A stretch of 64,000 bases of DNA. Origin: Camelus ferus (taxonomy: Eukaryota). Shown here piece after piece: positions 27,613 through 42,789 of this stretch (position 1 is the stretch's first letter; each line of letters opens with the position of its first letter). A model generated the notes under the pieces. The model did no database searches and was not told where the DNA came from. It worked only from the letters and a program-made list of their open reading frames with translations. The DNA lies in NCBI RefSeq assembly GCF_009834535.1, contig NC_045697.1:56236001-56300000 (forward strand), read 5' to 3'. The translations under genes were made by a program, and so were the position numbers.

Positions 27613-30600
27613 AGACCTACAGACTTTTTAAATGTTGCTCCCAGTCAGTGTTGCACAGGAGAATGTGGATGGCTGGCATGAAATGCATCTGATAGGATAG
27701 CGAAAGAGCATGATGGTAGAAGCACAGGCTGGGGAAGGGCCGAGATCTTTGTGTGCAGATTAAGGGGCTTGTACTTTTCAGGTGGTGGCAGCACTTTGCC
27801 ATTTGGAGGCTGGTGAAATTGTGCACTAAGATGGCAAGACCCTAATCCATGGTAGCATTGAAATAGATATGAGGAAAGAATTTTTTTTTAATTATTAGAA
27901 ATGAATCAGTGGACATTTGTGATTAATTTAATTTTTAACTAATTTAGTTTGTAATCAATGTAATATGTCCGTATAGGGGGCATGATATCCTTGAGATTTT
28001 CAACAAGATAGGTGTTCACTTTCCTGACATCATTTGAGGGATATCACGAGGCAGTAGTTACCAGGTTTGACTTTAAGCAGTTACAGCATTATAGTTCTCT
28101 TGGAAAAAGAAAACAAGTTATTTAGGAAACGGCAAAAGAATCATTCACTCATTTTTGCTTTCCTTTTTTCCTTTGAAAATCCATGATTTTATGATTTCCT
28201 AGCATCTCATATGCTCCCCCTGTCTTCTCCCCATCCCGGGCCTTCTACACACTTTGGCAGAGACATTGTCCTACTATGTCACTTTCCTGTTGGTATTTCC
28301 TGTGCCTCCTTTATATATGTAAATAAATAGACTGTGTGCATGAGTGTGTATGTGCATGTGTGTGTCTTCTTGCCTGCAGTACAATGGAATATCAGTGTGA
28401 CTTACAAAGTCCTTAGTACTTTAGTCCTAGCCTAACTATTTAAGTTTACTACCCAAACACTTGTTAGTGAAAACACTTTAATCCAAAGAGAACAGTCTCT
28501 TTAGTGTCCCCATAGGACAAAGTGCCTTTGCTCTTTTGCACATTTGAGCCTTTGGACATTTTCTTTGGTAAAATTTCCTTTTTTCTTATTTTCTATTCAT
28601 AGCCTATCATTCAAGTCCCAGCTAAAATCTAATCTCCACCAGCCCATTATGATCTCTATTTCTGTGATTCCTATAGCTTTTCTCATTAATATTAAACACT
28701 GTCACATTTACCATGCACTGCCAGCACCAACAGCACCAGCACCCACCATAGCAGTGTTAGCAATAGCAATCACAAACGTTTATGGAGTGATTCTTGTGTA
28801 CAATTGCTTGCATTGAGATTGGGGGTGAGAAGTTATAGAAGACTGGTCACTGTCTTGAAGAGCTCAAAATCTATTTAAAAGCACTTAATTTATACTTAAG
28901 ATAAAATATTAATAATAATAACAACAATAATACAAACTATCCTAATTATAAAATCAGTGATACAGCATTAATCTGGTTTTCAATTATTCCAATTTCTTTT
29001 TCAGCTCTCACCCGCCACACGTATCCTTTATAACATCAAACATCACTATGAATGATAGAACTTTTTCTTAACTCTTAGTTTTTATACTTACATTCCTTCA
29101 GTCCAAATGGTCTCTGCTGTTTTTGGCCAATAGAAATTTTTCCATTTCAAGATTTAGCCCATGTATTTACTTAAATCCTCTCATAATGCTCCTCAACTCC
29201 ACGTGGTTATTCACTGGCTTCTTTCTGTTTCTGTAGCCTTCAGCTCATGTTTTAGGAGACAGATTTGGGAGGGCATTCCAAACAAGAGGGAAATATGAAT
29301 GTATGCAATATGTGTATATATATATTCACATTTACATTTACATTACTATTCATGTTTATCTATATAATTCCAGGCAGTAAATGGGCTTGATTAGACAGAT
29401 TAATTTAATTGATTCAGGGAATTCACATAGGGAAAAATAAATTAAAGAGATGAATGTCAGACTTTTGCAATAACCTGAGTTCAGTGGAACATTCTGATGT
29501 ATTGGGATGATTATTCTTCGTGGCCTCTTGTTCATTAAATAAATAGGTTTAGAGATAAATTGATAGCATTTTTAATGTCAGCTTCAAAAAAGAATGGACT
29601 TGCTTATATTGTTCATTATGGTTTTCCTGGCAATTAAACTAGTGCCTGCCTCATGGTAGTCTCTCTGCAAGTATTTAATTAAATGAAAGAATGATCCTAC
29701 TAAGATTTTTTTTGAACAATTCAATTCTGAAACCAGAGAACTTCATTTCTGACACATTTTTAAAAGACTCCATGTAAAGCCTTCGAGATTTGATAAGACA
29801 TCACAGAAGGGAAAAAAGGAAATGGATGCTTATATTTTAACTCTGTAAATTCATGATTTTTTTTGATAATGAGATTTTATGATTTTCGTATTGTACTGAA
29901 CATGGCATCCACTCCCTGTGACTTTGTGAGTCAGATGAGAGACCGACAATCCCAATTTTACAAATGAGTGTACTGAGGCACTGGTTGGATTTCTGACTTT
30001 ACTACATTTTGTAAGAATTTGAGCTGGATTCCAGATTCACTCTAGAATTCAAGATGAAATCAAATTTTATAATTGAAAACAACCAGTTTGAAATACTATG
30101 AATGATTTTGTAGTTAGTGGGATTGGTAATTTTGCTTCTATATCAGAAATTTGGGCCAGTCCCTAATTACTATGGATTTCAAAAAATTGTATTCTTTCTT
30201 GGTTCTTCTAATAAAATATTATCAATTTTATTTTAATCTTTAATAAAAGTGAAAGGACTTCCATTATTATTTATGGATTATCCAAAATTTGATGTATCTT
30301 TTGATTGAAAGAACAAATACCTAATCTTAATGTTTGATGATAGACATTCTTAAGGCTCACTTGGAAAGGTTTTTCCCTAACTTGTTAAGAAGGATGGCCC
30401 CTGAGTATAATAAGAAACAGGCTCTGATTGGAAGCAAGCCAGAGGTTCTTTTTGAGGACTTCTAAGCCCAGTATGACAGCTCTGCTTGCCTCCTTTGCAA
30501 CAGTATTGTGTGCTGAGATTGTGGGATAAGTTTGAAAAAAATGCCTTTATAATGCCTGGGTGAAGAGGGAAAGTGAAAGTAAAATTAATTATGGCAGTAG

Positions 30601-31945
30601 TAGTATTTAGTTTTTATTATTATAAAATACTGCATACTATGTTTTTATCTTATTTACATATCCATGAAATGCCCCTCTCACTATATTTAGGCACTCTGAC
30701 AGAAATTAGCACATCATTCATAAATTCCTGGCAGTGAACACTGTAAAAAAGAGATTCCTTTCCTCCCCTACCATGTTATTGTGATGGAAATATACAGATC
30801 AAAAGCCTGATACCATTTATTCATGAGCAGATAAAAAGAAAAGAAATGAGTACTAAATTATGGGGAAAAACAACCTTTGGCATTATGTAATTGATCACAA
30901 AGTCATTAAACTTTCCAAGTCCCAGTAGGTGCGAGCTAGTTATGGATAGATATTTTCATGTCTAAATAGCCAGGTAATTATGGTTATAGTAATTCTTGTA
31001 TTAGTATAATCTCATGCTGATTTTGCTGCTTAAAATATATACATTTCAAAATATGTACTGTGCATCTGAATCTAAGAATTTCTCATTGAGTTATGTCCAT
31101 ATTTAGAAGTGAAAAAAAGTTGTCTCAAATTAGTCAACTTTTAATACACATGTAATGCCAGATTGTCTTTGTTCCATCAGCCTCTTTGGATTGTTCCATC
31201 AGTACCTCCATTATCTTATCTGACGATGATTTAATCATGAGATATAATCATTGGATCCTCTAAGTAAAGAGGAGTTTTAAAATATGAGGGAAAGGATCAA
31301 GATGTAACATGAAAGAGACCCCAAGGAGCTGTGTATCACTAATGATTAATTATACCTTTTGGTGCTTGTTTGTAACACAACTTTAATAGACCTTGAAGTA
31401 GTTGGTCAGAAAACAGAAACATTTTTCCAAAGCAATTAAATGCTGTCTGAAGAACACAGATCATTTAGCTAAAGTTATTTATATAGACGTTTAGAATTTC
31501 CATATTCTACTTCATCAGAACAATTCTGTCTCAAAAGATGAAACTGCCCAAAATAACCCACCTCCTATAAATAACAGTTGAGTTAAGCCATTCTCACCTA
31601 AAACACCTTATTTTACCTCACCAAACATAACTTGATCTTATATCTAGTTGTTTCATCAGTAAATCTTGTTATCTTTGTCCATTGATAATTTAATAATGTC
31701 TACCATCAGGAAAGGGAAAGGTTTTAATTCAATTATAACTTTATAATGAATTTTTAGAATCACAAAATTGAAAAGGAATCATATTTAAAGTTTTACAGAA
31801 TAGGTAGTTTTTATTAATGCAGGCATTTAATTGGACTGATGCTCAAGCAATTGACCATGTCAGGGCTTCTCTGCTCAACTCAGGATGGACTTTTTTCCTT
31901 ATGGTACTTCATTTCTGTGCTCATAGAATATTTTTTAAGTATCAG

Positions 31946-32048
31946 AGGTAATAATAGAAATAGTTTTCTCTAGCACCCTAATTTTACACACAAAAAGGTA
32001 ATAATAGAAATAGTTTTCTCTAGCACCCTAATTTTACACACAAAAAGG
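31946..32048. repeat. perfect 50-bp tandem duplication
   Basis: aggtaataatagaaatagttttctctagcaccctaattttacacacaaaa twice, followed by agg. Confidence 0.97.
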
Positions 32049-32379
32049 CTTTTTAGCCCCTAATGCTAAAAAGATAGTGGCTGAGTTAAAACAGAAGCTC
32101 TTCTTATACCCAGATCTGAGGTTTCCAGCAACCACAAGAACTTTTCAGGGAACAAGTAGCACATCAGCCCACATCTCAATAAATTATTTGTTTATAAACC
32201 TTTAATTCCTTGAGAGTATTTTTAGAATACGTCAGTCTAATTAGACACTCTAGATCTCTCTTTATGGTGCTGTGAGTCAGCATCAAGTTCTGTAATATTT
32301 TGATTTCTTAGTTTCTTCTATGAAACTTTAAAAAATAATCTTTTGAAAATGAAAAGACCACATAAATGCTACTATGACT

Positions 32380-32550
32380 ATTTTTTAAATTGAGGTATAG
32401 TCAGTTTACAAAGTTGCATCAATTTCTGGCGTACAGCATAATGTTTTAGTCATACAAATACACACGTATATTTGTTTTCATATTCTTTTTCCTTATAGGT
32501 TATTACAAGATATTGAATATAGTTCCCTGTGATATACAGAGGAAACTTGT
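32380..32550 (-). mobile_element. short L1 3' end
   Basis: same 3' terminus as the 26686 copy; TSD tactatgact (32370) / tattatgact (32551). Confidence 0.88.
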
Positions 32551-33169
32551 TATTATGACTGTTTATTATTCCTTTAAGGATACTTCTTCATCTCAATGCT
32601 GCAAATATTATCCCTAGCCCATATCAATATAGTCTCATCAATGCATCTGCTTCCATTCTGTGCCAAGAAAGCTGTAAGAGTAGATACAAATTGTGTACTA
32701 ATCCCAAACACCTATTATACATATCTTAAATAGTCAGTGACAGTAAGTGTGTTTTAATGTGTGGTAATAAAACATTCATGAATTTGACCCGGAGTGTACA
32801 CTTAGTTTATGATCAAATGTCAGTCACAATTTAGATATTGCAAGTGATTTCCTCTATCTTTTATGTGGTTATTATATGTAATATTGGTTGTTAATGGTAA
32901 ATTCCTTTCCCTGCATATACCACAGTTTGCACACAAGGAGGGCAATGGAGAAAATATAGGAATCTATATTTTTTGTGTTATCTTACTTATATGCTTTATT
33001 TTAATCACTGTGTCTTAACAAAACATTATGTTTAGTTGGAGCATTTTCTGAAAGCAAGTTGGGAAAATCACATAGATTTTTCCTGGAGAGCATGTCCTGG
33101 ATTGAGTACTTTGTGGTCATATAAAAAGTAGTCAAGATTTTGGTTTCAGCTTTGCACTTAGTGAGAGGG

Positions 33170-33209
33170 GTTGCAACATTATGCAGGGGTACAATTTTGT
33201 GATTGTGAG

Positions 33210-33241
<32 letters not shown>

Positions 33242-34122
33242 CACAGTGTCTTTATCCATTGATTTATTGATGTGCAATTTCATTATTTCTATATCTTGGC
33301 TATTATAAATAATGCTGTAGTGAACATTGGAGTTCATATATCTTTTTTAATTAGTGTTTTCATTCTCTTCAGGTAAATACCCAGTAGAAGAATTCCTGGA
33401 TCATGTGGTAGTTCTACTTTTAATTTTTTGAGGAAACTTCATACTGTTTTCTATACTGATTCTACCAGTTTACACCCCTATCCAGAGTGCATGAGGGTTC
33501 CCTTTTCTCCATATCCTCACCAACACCTATTTCTTATCTTTTTGATAATAGCCATTCTGACAGATATGAGGTGAAATCTCATTGTGGCTTTAATTTGCAT
33601 TTTCCTGATTCATGATGTTGAACATTTTTTCATATGCCTGTTGGCCACCAAAAAACCCTTCATAGCCAAAACAATCTTGAGAAAGAACAAAGCTGGTTTT
33701 AAACTATACTACAAAGCTACAGTAATCAAAACAGTATGGTACTGATATACAGGCAAACACATAATCAACGTAACAGAATAGAGAGCCTACAAATAAACTC
33801 ATCCTTATATGTTCAATTAATCTACAACAAAGGAGGCAAGAATATGCAATGGATAAAAGGTAGTCTCTTCAATAAATGATGTTGGGAAGACTGGACAGCT
33901 ACATGCAAAAGAATGAAACTAAATCACTTTCTCACATAATACGGAAAAATAAACTCAAAATGGATTAAAGTCTTAAATGTAAGAACTGAAACCATAAAAC
34001 TCATAGAAGAAAACATAAGCAGTATACTCTTGGACATTGATCTCAGCAATATTTTCTTGGATCTATCTCTTCCACCAAAAGTAACAAAAGCAAAAATAAA
34101 CAAATGGAAGTACGTTAAGCTT
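33170..34122. mobile_element. L1 with 5' inversion (minus strand about 33170-33647, plus strand about 33648-34122)
   Basis: antisense ORF2 end up to ttggcca abuts sense ORF2 sequence catagccaaaacaatcttgag...aaacaaatgg. Confidence 0.85.
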
Positions 34123-37100
34123 TTTAAGCGTTTGAATTTTATTTTTACAGATTGAGGGGTGTATTTATATTATTAAAGACATTTTTAAAGTCCCGCGAAT
34201 ATAGAAATCAATGTTTAAAATAAATAATACCATGGAGTTTTTTAGTGAACAAAGGAGAAACTATTTCAGTCACAAATTTTACCTAATATTTCTTTGTTTT
34301 GCTCTAGGTTAAATACTTAATTAATTTTATATGATGCTTTGAAATCAGAAGGTAAAAATCACTATATACAGATATGTGTATATATATATAGACATATTGC
34401 ATCTTATTAAAATTAATTTTACTAAACACTTCATTATATGTAGAAGCAGCTGATGACATATCTTTAGACTCAACTATTTCTGGGTTTAAATTCTAACTCC
34501 ATTACTTATGAGCTATATGTACTTAAAACATAGAGGCACTAAATATATTTACATATGTATTTATACATTATAAATATATTTCTCATATATAAGTTCATGA
34601 ATTTATTTAGTATTTTTACCTACTTTCTCAAAAAATAAGATATGATCTGTTCCAGGCAGGTACAACAGCAGTTGTAGGAAGTAATAAATAATGGACTAAT
34701 GGCAAATGAATAAAAGAAAATGATGAAGAGTTTATTTGATACAAGTACTCAACACAGCAAACTGGGGATAGTTAAGATCATTCTCCACTAGGGTATGCAA
34801 AATATCCAGACTTTGCTTCCACTAATTAACTATAGCCATTCATTATAAAGAGGTACAAATAAACCTTGCTTCCTGTACTTTTGAATGGTTTTGTTGGATC
34901 ACAAATTGCTCTGACATATTTTACTTCTATATCTCTGATAATTTTCTGCATTTATAAACATGATGTTATAATGGTCAATTAGGTAAAACCATGTCTTTGA
35001 AAAGTGCATTAAAATTATATTTATCACAATACTTAGTAATTTTCACCTGCCCCAATTTCTCCTTGTAGTCACAAGAATTGGTTATTCTCGTTTCATTTTT
35101 ATGAGAGAGTCAAATTTGTAATATATTGTCATGAAGTCTCTTTTCAAGTTTACTCCCTTATGACTTTTAAATAAAAACTCCCATATAGTAAAATGGCATT
35201 TGTCAGTTTTTACTCATAGATTTGAAAAACCAAGATTCCATTATGCTTTTCATGATGATATTGCATCTTCACTTCTTGTCAGAAATAATCTTGTAGCAGT
35301 TTCCAATTTTGTTGGCTTCTTGATTGATTGGCTCATTTTTGTTGGTTCTTTGTCTAGTTACAGAGAATACCAAAATAAAAGAGGCCACTCCCTATACTCA
35401 ACAGTTACATAGGCTGGAGGCATGTAAATAGAGTCTGAGAGAAATGGTCTAACGTTCTATATCTGTGGTATCTAATATTTTCCCAAACAATATATTTTTA
35501 ATAGTTTCAGTTTCATGATCACTTGCAGGACATGTGGAGTTGTTTTATGCCACAGCTAAGTCACTAGTCTCTGACATAGTAGTTTTTCAATGATACTAGG
35601 AAAGGAGGAAATGAGGGAAGGGATGAAGAGGGTTTCTGATACCACTCTTCTATTGCTCTGGGAGCCTCTTGAAAAGTTTTGAGATATAGAGAGAGGGTTT
35701 GAGTTTTAGGGAAAGGGATGTGAGGGGACAACTGAAGGGGAGATTTACAGGAGTCCTTCACATCTCTGCATGCAGATGCTGCACGTTCTATTGTCCAAAG
35801 CACCTTGCAGGTTATTATTTATTAACTATAAAGTATCACAGTTTGTGAAATTTGTGTTTTTCAATCTACGTAAATAGAAGATATTCATGGCTATCTGTAT
35901 ATTTGCCTCAAATAATTTACATATGCATATCTGAGTGGTAGAGAAGACCGAGTTGCATCTACCATGCACAGAATTGTTCGAAATCTGTAGTTCATCTTAT
36001 CTATGGTGCAGCACATGGAGAGCAGTCACTACTTGTACACTAAATGTGTGATTTATCTTTAGGCTTTATTTCCAGAAGACCATTTTGAGGTTTCATCAGT
36101 ACAGGAGTATATGTCGGGAGCTCTCATACTTTCGAATACTATGTTTTAGGTGTGTTATGGTAGATTAAATGGTTGTAAAACCATTGCTTTAAGTAATACA
36201 ACTCAGAGTAGACACAATTATGCATCACAGAATGTATACAGTATATATGACAGTAAAGAGTTGCCTAATCTTTTATGTAAAGGAAAAATTAGGTAATCTG
36301 AGTAATCGTAAACGTAATCTGATGTTCAAGTGTAACATCTCTCTTATTGAGGGATTCTTTTATTATTCTAGTATGTAATGCTTAATAATAATACAAACTT
36401 AATAATACAAGACTGGTTAGGTATACCAATCCCTGGTGGGTTGATTGGACGAGTACCTTAACTTTTCTGTGCTTCAGAAGAGGATAATTGTCGAGACTTT
36501 CTAGGGATGTTAGAAATATTTAATGAGTTAATGTGTATAAAGTACTTAGACTACAAAGTATCTAGCACATAGTGTTTACTATAAATGCAGTGTATTGTCG
36601 GGTAATTACAGTAGCTCCTTTATCCATCTATTCGTCCATGAATGTATTTGTCCTCTTGTTTTAAGCCAACATTTGTTAAACATTTCTCAAAGTAAAAATT
36701 TGAACTTAGTTTTTCCTGAGTAATAACTGAAATTTTACAAAATGCATCATCTTGCGCATTATATAGTTAGAATTTTGTACTTTTATTTTTCTTTTCTGGC
36801 AAATGTGAAGACAGACTACTGCTCCAGTGGAACAAAATATACAAACCTCATCCAATTTGAACTTCTGATGACAGATACATAGTGCTATATTTTGTTAGCT
36901 TTAGAAATTTCTCTGTGTGATCATTCTAAGAAAAAAATGGCCTCACATGCAACTTGGGCATTGGCTGAGATTTCCCATCACTTGGAGAACTGGATTCGCT
37001 AAAGTTGGATTTACTAAAATCCGTCCCATGGTAAAAGGTGAAGAATTAAATATCTGGTAACATTACTAATTTGGAACAGAATATCTTGACTTGGCTTCCT

Positions 37101-40100
37101 TCTGGGCTTTAGAAGATTGACTAGATGTAATCAGCAATCTTGTATTTTCTCCAGTTACTGCTTGTCATGTTGCTGCTGGGATCCTACTATTTAAAAATAT
37201 TGTAATTCGGGTGTTTATGAGATCAGCTGGTAAGTACTACTCAGGTCTCCTTAGTTGTTTTGTAGCCATAAAGTTTAATTTCTTGTTTCTACTGGCACAA
37301 CTTCATATTTTAAAAGAATCTTGTCAGGTGACCTGAGAGAGAGTATATTTAGGGAATGGATATATGATGACATTTAACTTTAATGGTATAATAGAAATCT
37401 AATCTGGTTCTTTGAAGAGTCAATAGATAAATAACTTATTAACATGATTTTTGTTGAATTAAAAAATTCCTATTGCTTATATAGCTATATAGCTATATAA
37501 GATTACTAGGAAGTACGAAAGGGGAAAAAAGGTTGTTTATATTTATAATGTGTTTATTTTGCTTTTTAAAATGCTGGATCAGATTTGTTTATATTGTGAA
37601 AATCTTGACGTAATTAAGAACTGAATTAAAATTTCCACTTAATGGCTTTATTATTGTTAGTGGCTTATTTGTGGTTAACAAGACTTTACGTAATGTGGAT
37701 TTGTAAGAGATTAATTTCTTCTTATGAGAATCATGAGTTATGAGATTCATGAGTTATGAGAGTGTGTTTATTGACCTAATTACTATTTATCCACCTATAA
37801 AATTAATTGCCATAACCCCTAGAATTGAGGTTTAATATTGATAAATAATATTGAAAATTATATATGGGACTATATTCCCTTGGATATAATGTATATGAAG
37901 AATATTGTGTTGATTAAAGTTTTCCAGCTGTGCCATGTTATTTCCTATATAAAACTTCATTTGATTCTAAAAGGATACTGTAAAAATTGTTTAAATTCTA
38001 TTTCTCATAGGAGGGATACTGTGATTAAGGTTAAATAGTCATTGATAGTAAGGCCACTTTGTGTACCAAAAATTCTGTTATAGGTAATAAGAAGTATAAA
38101 TGGAAAAAAATTCTGTGGTAGTTTATTTGGTATGAGGTTAGTCCAGAAAGAGGCATGTGTCATTTTACACATTGTTACATTTAATACTTGTTTTATAGTT
38201 TGCATGATTATTTCAGAAAAAGTTGACTATAAATGCCGGTGATATAGTTTTCAATTTTTATTATTGCCATTTTTCCTTTCTAATTAGCATCATTGTCAAT
38301 ATGACTTCAAGACAATATTTGAAGCATATGATTAATACCATTAAGTCTAATCACATCAAAAATTACTTCATTGCAATTAAGTTTCTTTTATTTCCTACTG
38401 AAAACAATTAATTTTCAATATCTCTATGACTTTCAAGTCTTTGAAAAAAACAAACTACATAATGGGACACTTCAGTTCATAGGTTCTTTTTATTAAAGAG
38501 AATATCATCTCTCTAGAGGTACTGACATTTAAAGCCATGTTTTTTTGGAATGGTCTTTTCGAAACTTCACTGAGATCATATATCAAAACATCCAGTTGCA
38601 GGCTTTTAAGATGGAGTGATTGTAGGTTTTGTCTGAATGAGCAGATTGAGTGTTTATATGAGAAAGAAACCTCTAAAAATGCCTTTTTCTTTTAAAAGAG
38701 ACCATGGATAACAGGTGTGGCAGGAATGCACTGTAGTTATTTCTCTTGGTCTGATGATATCAAGTGAAAACCTAGTGATAAATACATATTAAGTATAGAA
38801 TAACTATATATATGTATAATTTATATACTATATATATGAAATATAAAATATGATATACTATTCAATAGACATGCCTATATTTTAAAATATCTGCCCCACT
38901 TTTCCATTTTGACAATTTCAGATATGTTTATAATTTAAATCAGTAACTACATTTCTCATTTACCTTAGGAATTCTAGTTACCTATTTTCTTGTCTTCAAA
39001 TGATTGATAGGTACTCTAAAGCAAATGTGGCAGAGTAATCATTATATGTAGATTCATTAAACTAGCTGTAAAAGATGCACATGACTTTCTCTATATGTAT
39101 ATGTATACATATATATAGAAATAGGTATGTGTATATATATATTTATATATACATATATTAAAATATAATAAAATAAGGGCTTATCTCCAACTACATTTCT
39201 TTAAACCCACACACATACACACATATATATGTACACACAGGTAAAATTCTGTCTAAACTTTGGCTTAATATGAGGCAGCTGTAGAAAAATTACTTTCCAT
39301 GGATCATATTTTTAATAATAATAATAGTAACATTAGCTAAAACTGAACTTTTGGGAAGAGCTCTAAATATGTTTATGGTTTCCCCACCTAATTATAAAAA
39401 CAGAAATGGCACAAAGTGACCAACCATGAGGAAATCACTGTCCAACATATGGTACCAATGCATGATTGGAATCCAATTTTTAAATAACTTGGATTTTAAA
39501 AAGAAACAGTCTTTAAAAAATTTCCCAGGATGAACTGAGCTCAACAGATAGCTCTTTTATATATAAACATTTTTAACCATTCCTTTGGTGATTAATTGCT
39601 TCCATATCAGTTCAGTCCGTTTCAGTCAACACTTTGAAGGAGACCATACAATTAAGGAGTTGTCCCTGCCCCCACTAAGCACACTACCATATGAATAAAA
39701 TATGAGATCTATCATTTTTTGCTTTTTACCCTGGGGTAGAAATTTTTCAAAAGGTGGTCTAAAATTATATAAAGAAGCAGAGATGTTACGATAATGTAAA
39801 ATCAGAATATATGTAGATGATTCTGACTTTTGAAAGTGTGGAAGTTTTGCTAGTATTAATAAAAGATGTTTCCTGCTACAACAAATAAGTGAAAATACAT
39901 TTATAAGGAAAACTTGAATAGACACAATATTCCCAATGCTTGCTCGTAATATGACGATAGATGACGATATAATGTCTGTCTCAGACACACTGGCTACATA
40001 ATTTTGATCACATGTCTTTCTATTTTATTTTACCTTCATGCTACTTCTCATGGATTGATTTAAACATTTACCATTCATTTGCTTTAAAATTGATTTTAAG

Positions 40101-40744
40101 TTAAGAATGTATTACAGCTTGCTTACATTTACAACTTTCATTTATATTGCATCATCAAAGTATCATCATCCAGAACTTCCTCTCCGTTGGCTGAGCAATG
40201 ATTAGAGTAGGCAACAAGGGAAAACTAAAGGGTGTTCTACGTTTACCAAAACTCTGGAACTCCCATAGTTGTATATATGTCCTACAGACATATTCTCTCC
40301 ATGTCCCTGCCCAAAGACAAAGGTATCATCTCTAGCAAGAGATTATAGTCATTAATTTTGATAATATATGTTTCAGTCTACATAAGCAACAAAGAACTAA
40401 TTATCTATATAGAATTTTTATTAAAGCCACTAAATTTGGATCATGGCTAGCCTATAAGAATAAATTCAAGTCTTTCCTAAAATTAAAACTTAATATTGTT
40501 TTATTACACTTTTCCAACTAATTTACATTTTGATAAGTAGTCGAAGCGGGCATTGGGCACATATATTTTTATTTGTGGTTTTTAAATATGGCCGTTCTTA
40601 GAGAAATCACTAAAGGCATGGGAGATTTAGAAAAGGTAGTCCAATTAGGAGAAAGATCATGTTGTCTTCAACAAAGGTACAAGCAGTTATAAATTCTTAG
40701 AAGTTGTCATCTCAAACACACATGCATGCACATACACTTTAGCG

Positions 40745-40990
40745 TCTTTATTGTTGTATAATTGACATACAGTAAACTGCATATTAAGAGTACAATTTGA
40801 TAGGTTTTAAACATTTCTACACACCTGTGAGATATCACCACAAATAAGATAATGATCATATCTATTTGTCCCAACAATTACTCATGTCCCTTATTAACCC
40901 AATCAAAAAGAGGATATACTATATGACTTCATTTATGTAAAACGCTAGAAAACAAACAAACCTATTGTAGCAGAATGCAGATAATTGTTT
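40745..40990. mobile_element. old L1M 3' fragments
   Basis: ttgtataattgacatacagtaaactgcata (antisense L1M end), then sense-like tatactatatgacttcatttatgtaaa. Confidence 0.55.
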
Positions 40991-42359
40991 ATTCACTTCT
41001 TTACTTATCAAAATTTTTATGTGTCTAGTATCATCCAGAAACTGTTCTAAAAACTCAGCATGCAATAGTGAAAAAGGCACACAAGTTTTCTAATTTTATG
41101 GAGATTATAGTCTGGTTGAACTAATGCAGATTAGGTATAAATGAACAAACAAATTAATTTACAGAAAAAAATACTAAAGGATCAGGAGAATGTGAACTGT
41201 AAGAAAAATAATCTCCAAATGAGGAAAGGAAAATTTGGTATCAGAGATAAAGATAACAGGCAATAAGAGTGAGCCAGAAGTTTAAGACAGCAGCAGTTCG
41301 CAAAACCACACCGATCCAGTTTCCAGCCTCAGGTTTCTAAGTTTATATGACTTTGTTAAAAGAAGTACTGATTCCAGTATGGTTTGCCTTCAGTGCTTCC
41401 TAAAATGACTGACTGATAAAGTGATTCAAGGGGAGTCTTTAAAAATCACAGAATCCTTGTCCACAGTCTGACCTCCTGAGTCAGAATTTCCTAGAGAGAA
41501 GCCTACTAATCTGTACTTCTAAGAAAAACTGGCCCAGACCCATCCGGATAACAAGAAACACCTAAATATGATGAACTGGATGTGGCACAGATGAGTGGTA
41601 GCTTCCAGCTGGAAGATATTGATGATCCACTTGGCCAGATTTTGACCTCTGGAATTAAATATAAGATATATGTATTTTTAAAACTTATATATAAATAAAG
41701 TAATATATTACTCACGTGGAGGGACTTTTTGGAGGAAAGTAAAAGAAGTGCCCGTGGGAGAAGTTTTAGCACATTCATGGACTCACACACTGAAAAGATT
41801 TCAAAATTATCTTATCTTTCTCAATGCTTTAAGATTCAAATTTTACATGGATAAGTCAAAAGCATAGAGATGTACTATTTGTTTTTTTTAATACAAGTAA
41901 CCAATACTTGAGTCTATAGTTTATTTTTGTCTACACAAATAACATTGGGTACAGGGACTGATGAATGGTACTTTCGTATTCCATTTAACATGAATAAGTT
42001 TCATGTTTTCATTATGATAGCTTTCTTTTGAATAATGAGGCAGACATCAGTCTATATTAAGTGAATTATTGTCATTTAGTTAACACTTAAAATTAAACAC
42101 TTTAGCTTTTTAAAAAAATCTGTGATGATCAAGGAAATTTACCTATAACTATTTATTTATGTAGAGTGGTGAAATTCACTGGACACGGAAAAGTAAAAAT
42201 TCTTACCATATAGGTGCTTTGCTGTTTGATCTCATCCAGCATTCAGAAGTTAATTTTGATTGATGAAAGTCTGAAAGGATTAATGAGTTATGGAGAATCT
42301 ATTATTGAAGTCTTCTAAAACAATTGTCAATATTTACAACTAATATTACTATAAACAGC

Positions 42360-42560
42360 ATTTAATTGGTACCTACTCTATACTTGATATTGCAATACAG
42401 AATCAGAATTCAATCTTACAAAAAGTTTGCATCATTGTTCCTGTTTTAAAGATAAAGCGTGCATTCATAGAGGTTAAGTATTCTAAACAGGGTCACTCAG
42501 CTAGGAAATGATTCTTTGCCAAAGGACTTGAAGCCATTTCTACTCAACATCAAAGCTGTC
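42360..42560 (-). mobile_element. MIR SINE
   Basis: gttttaaagataaag...agaggttaagta...ggtcactcagctagga. Confidence 0.6.
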
Positions 42561-42789
42561 TGTGCCATGGCATGCATGCCTTCCCATCTGGTGACACTGT
42601 GCCCTAAACTAGGTTCGATATTTGAAAAGTTGGACAACATACTGTTTCACATAACAGATAGCAGAGTTTTGTATATCATTGCTTGTACCATTGAGATGTT
42701 AGAGATTTCTATATTATGTAATTATCCATAAGTCAAATAGACACAGATTGGCAATTCTTTAGTCACTAGACATATATACTGGAATTAAC

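Noticed and set aside
31946..32048. CRISPR-like array
   Set aside because: Two abutting copies without spacers, in eukaryotic DNA
37731..37761. Small tandem duplications (16 bp here, about 21 bp near 50740)
   Set aside because: Ordinary slippage products with no sign of function
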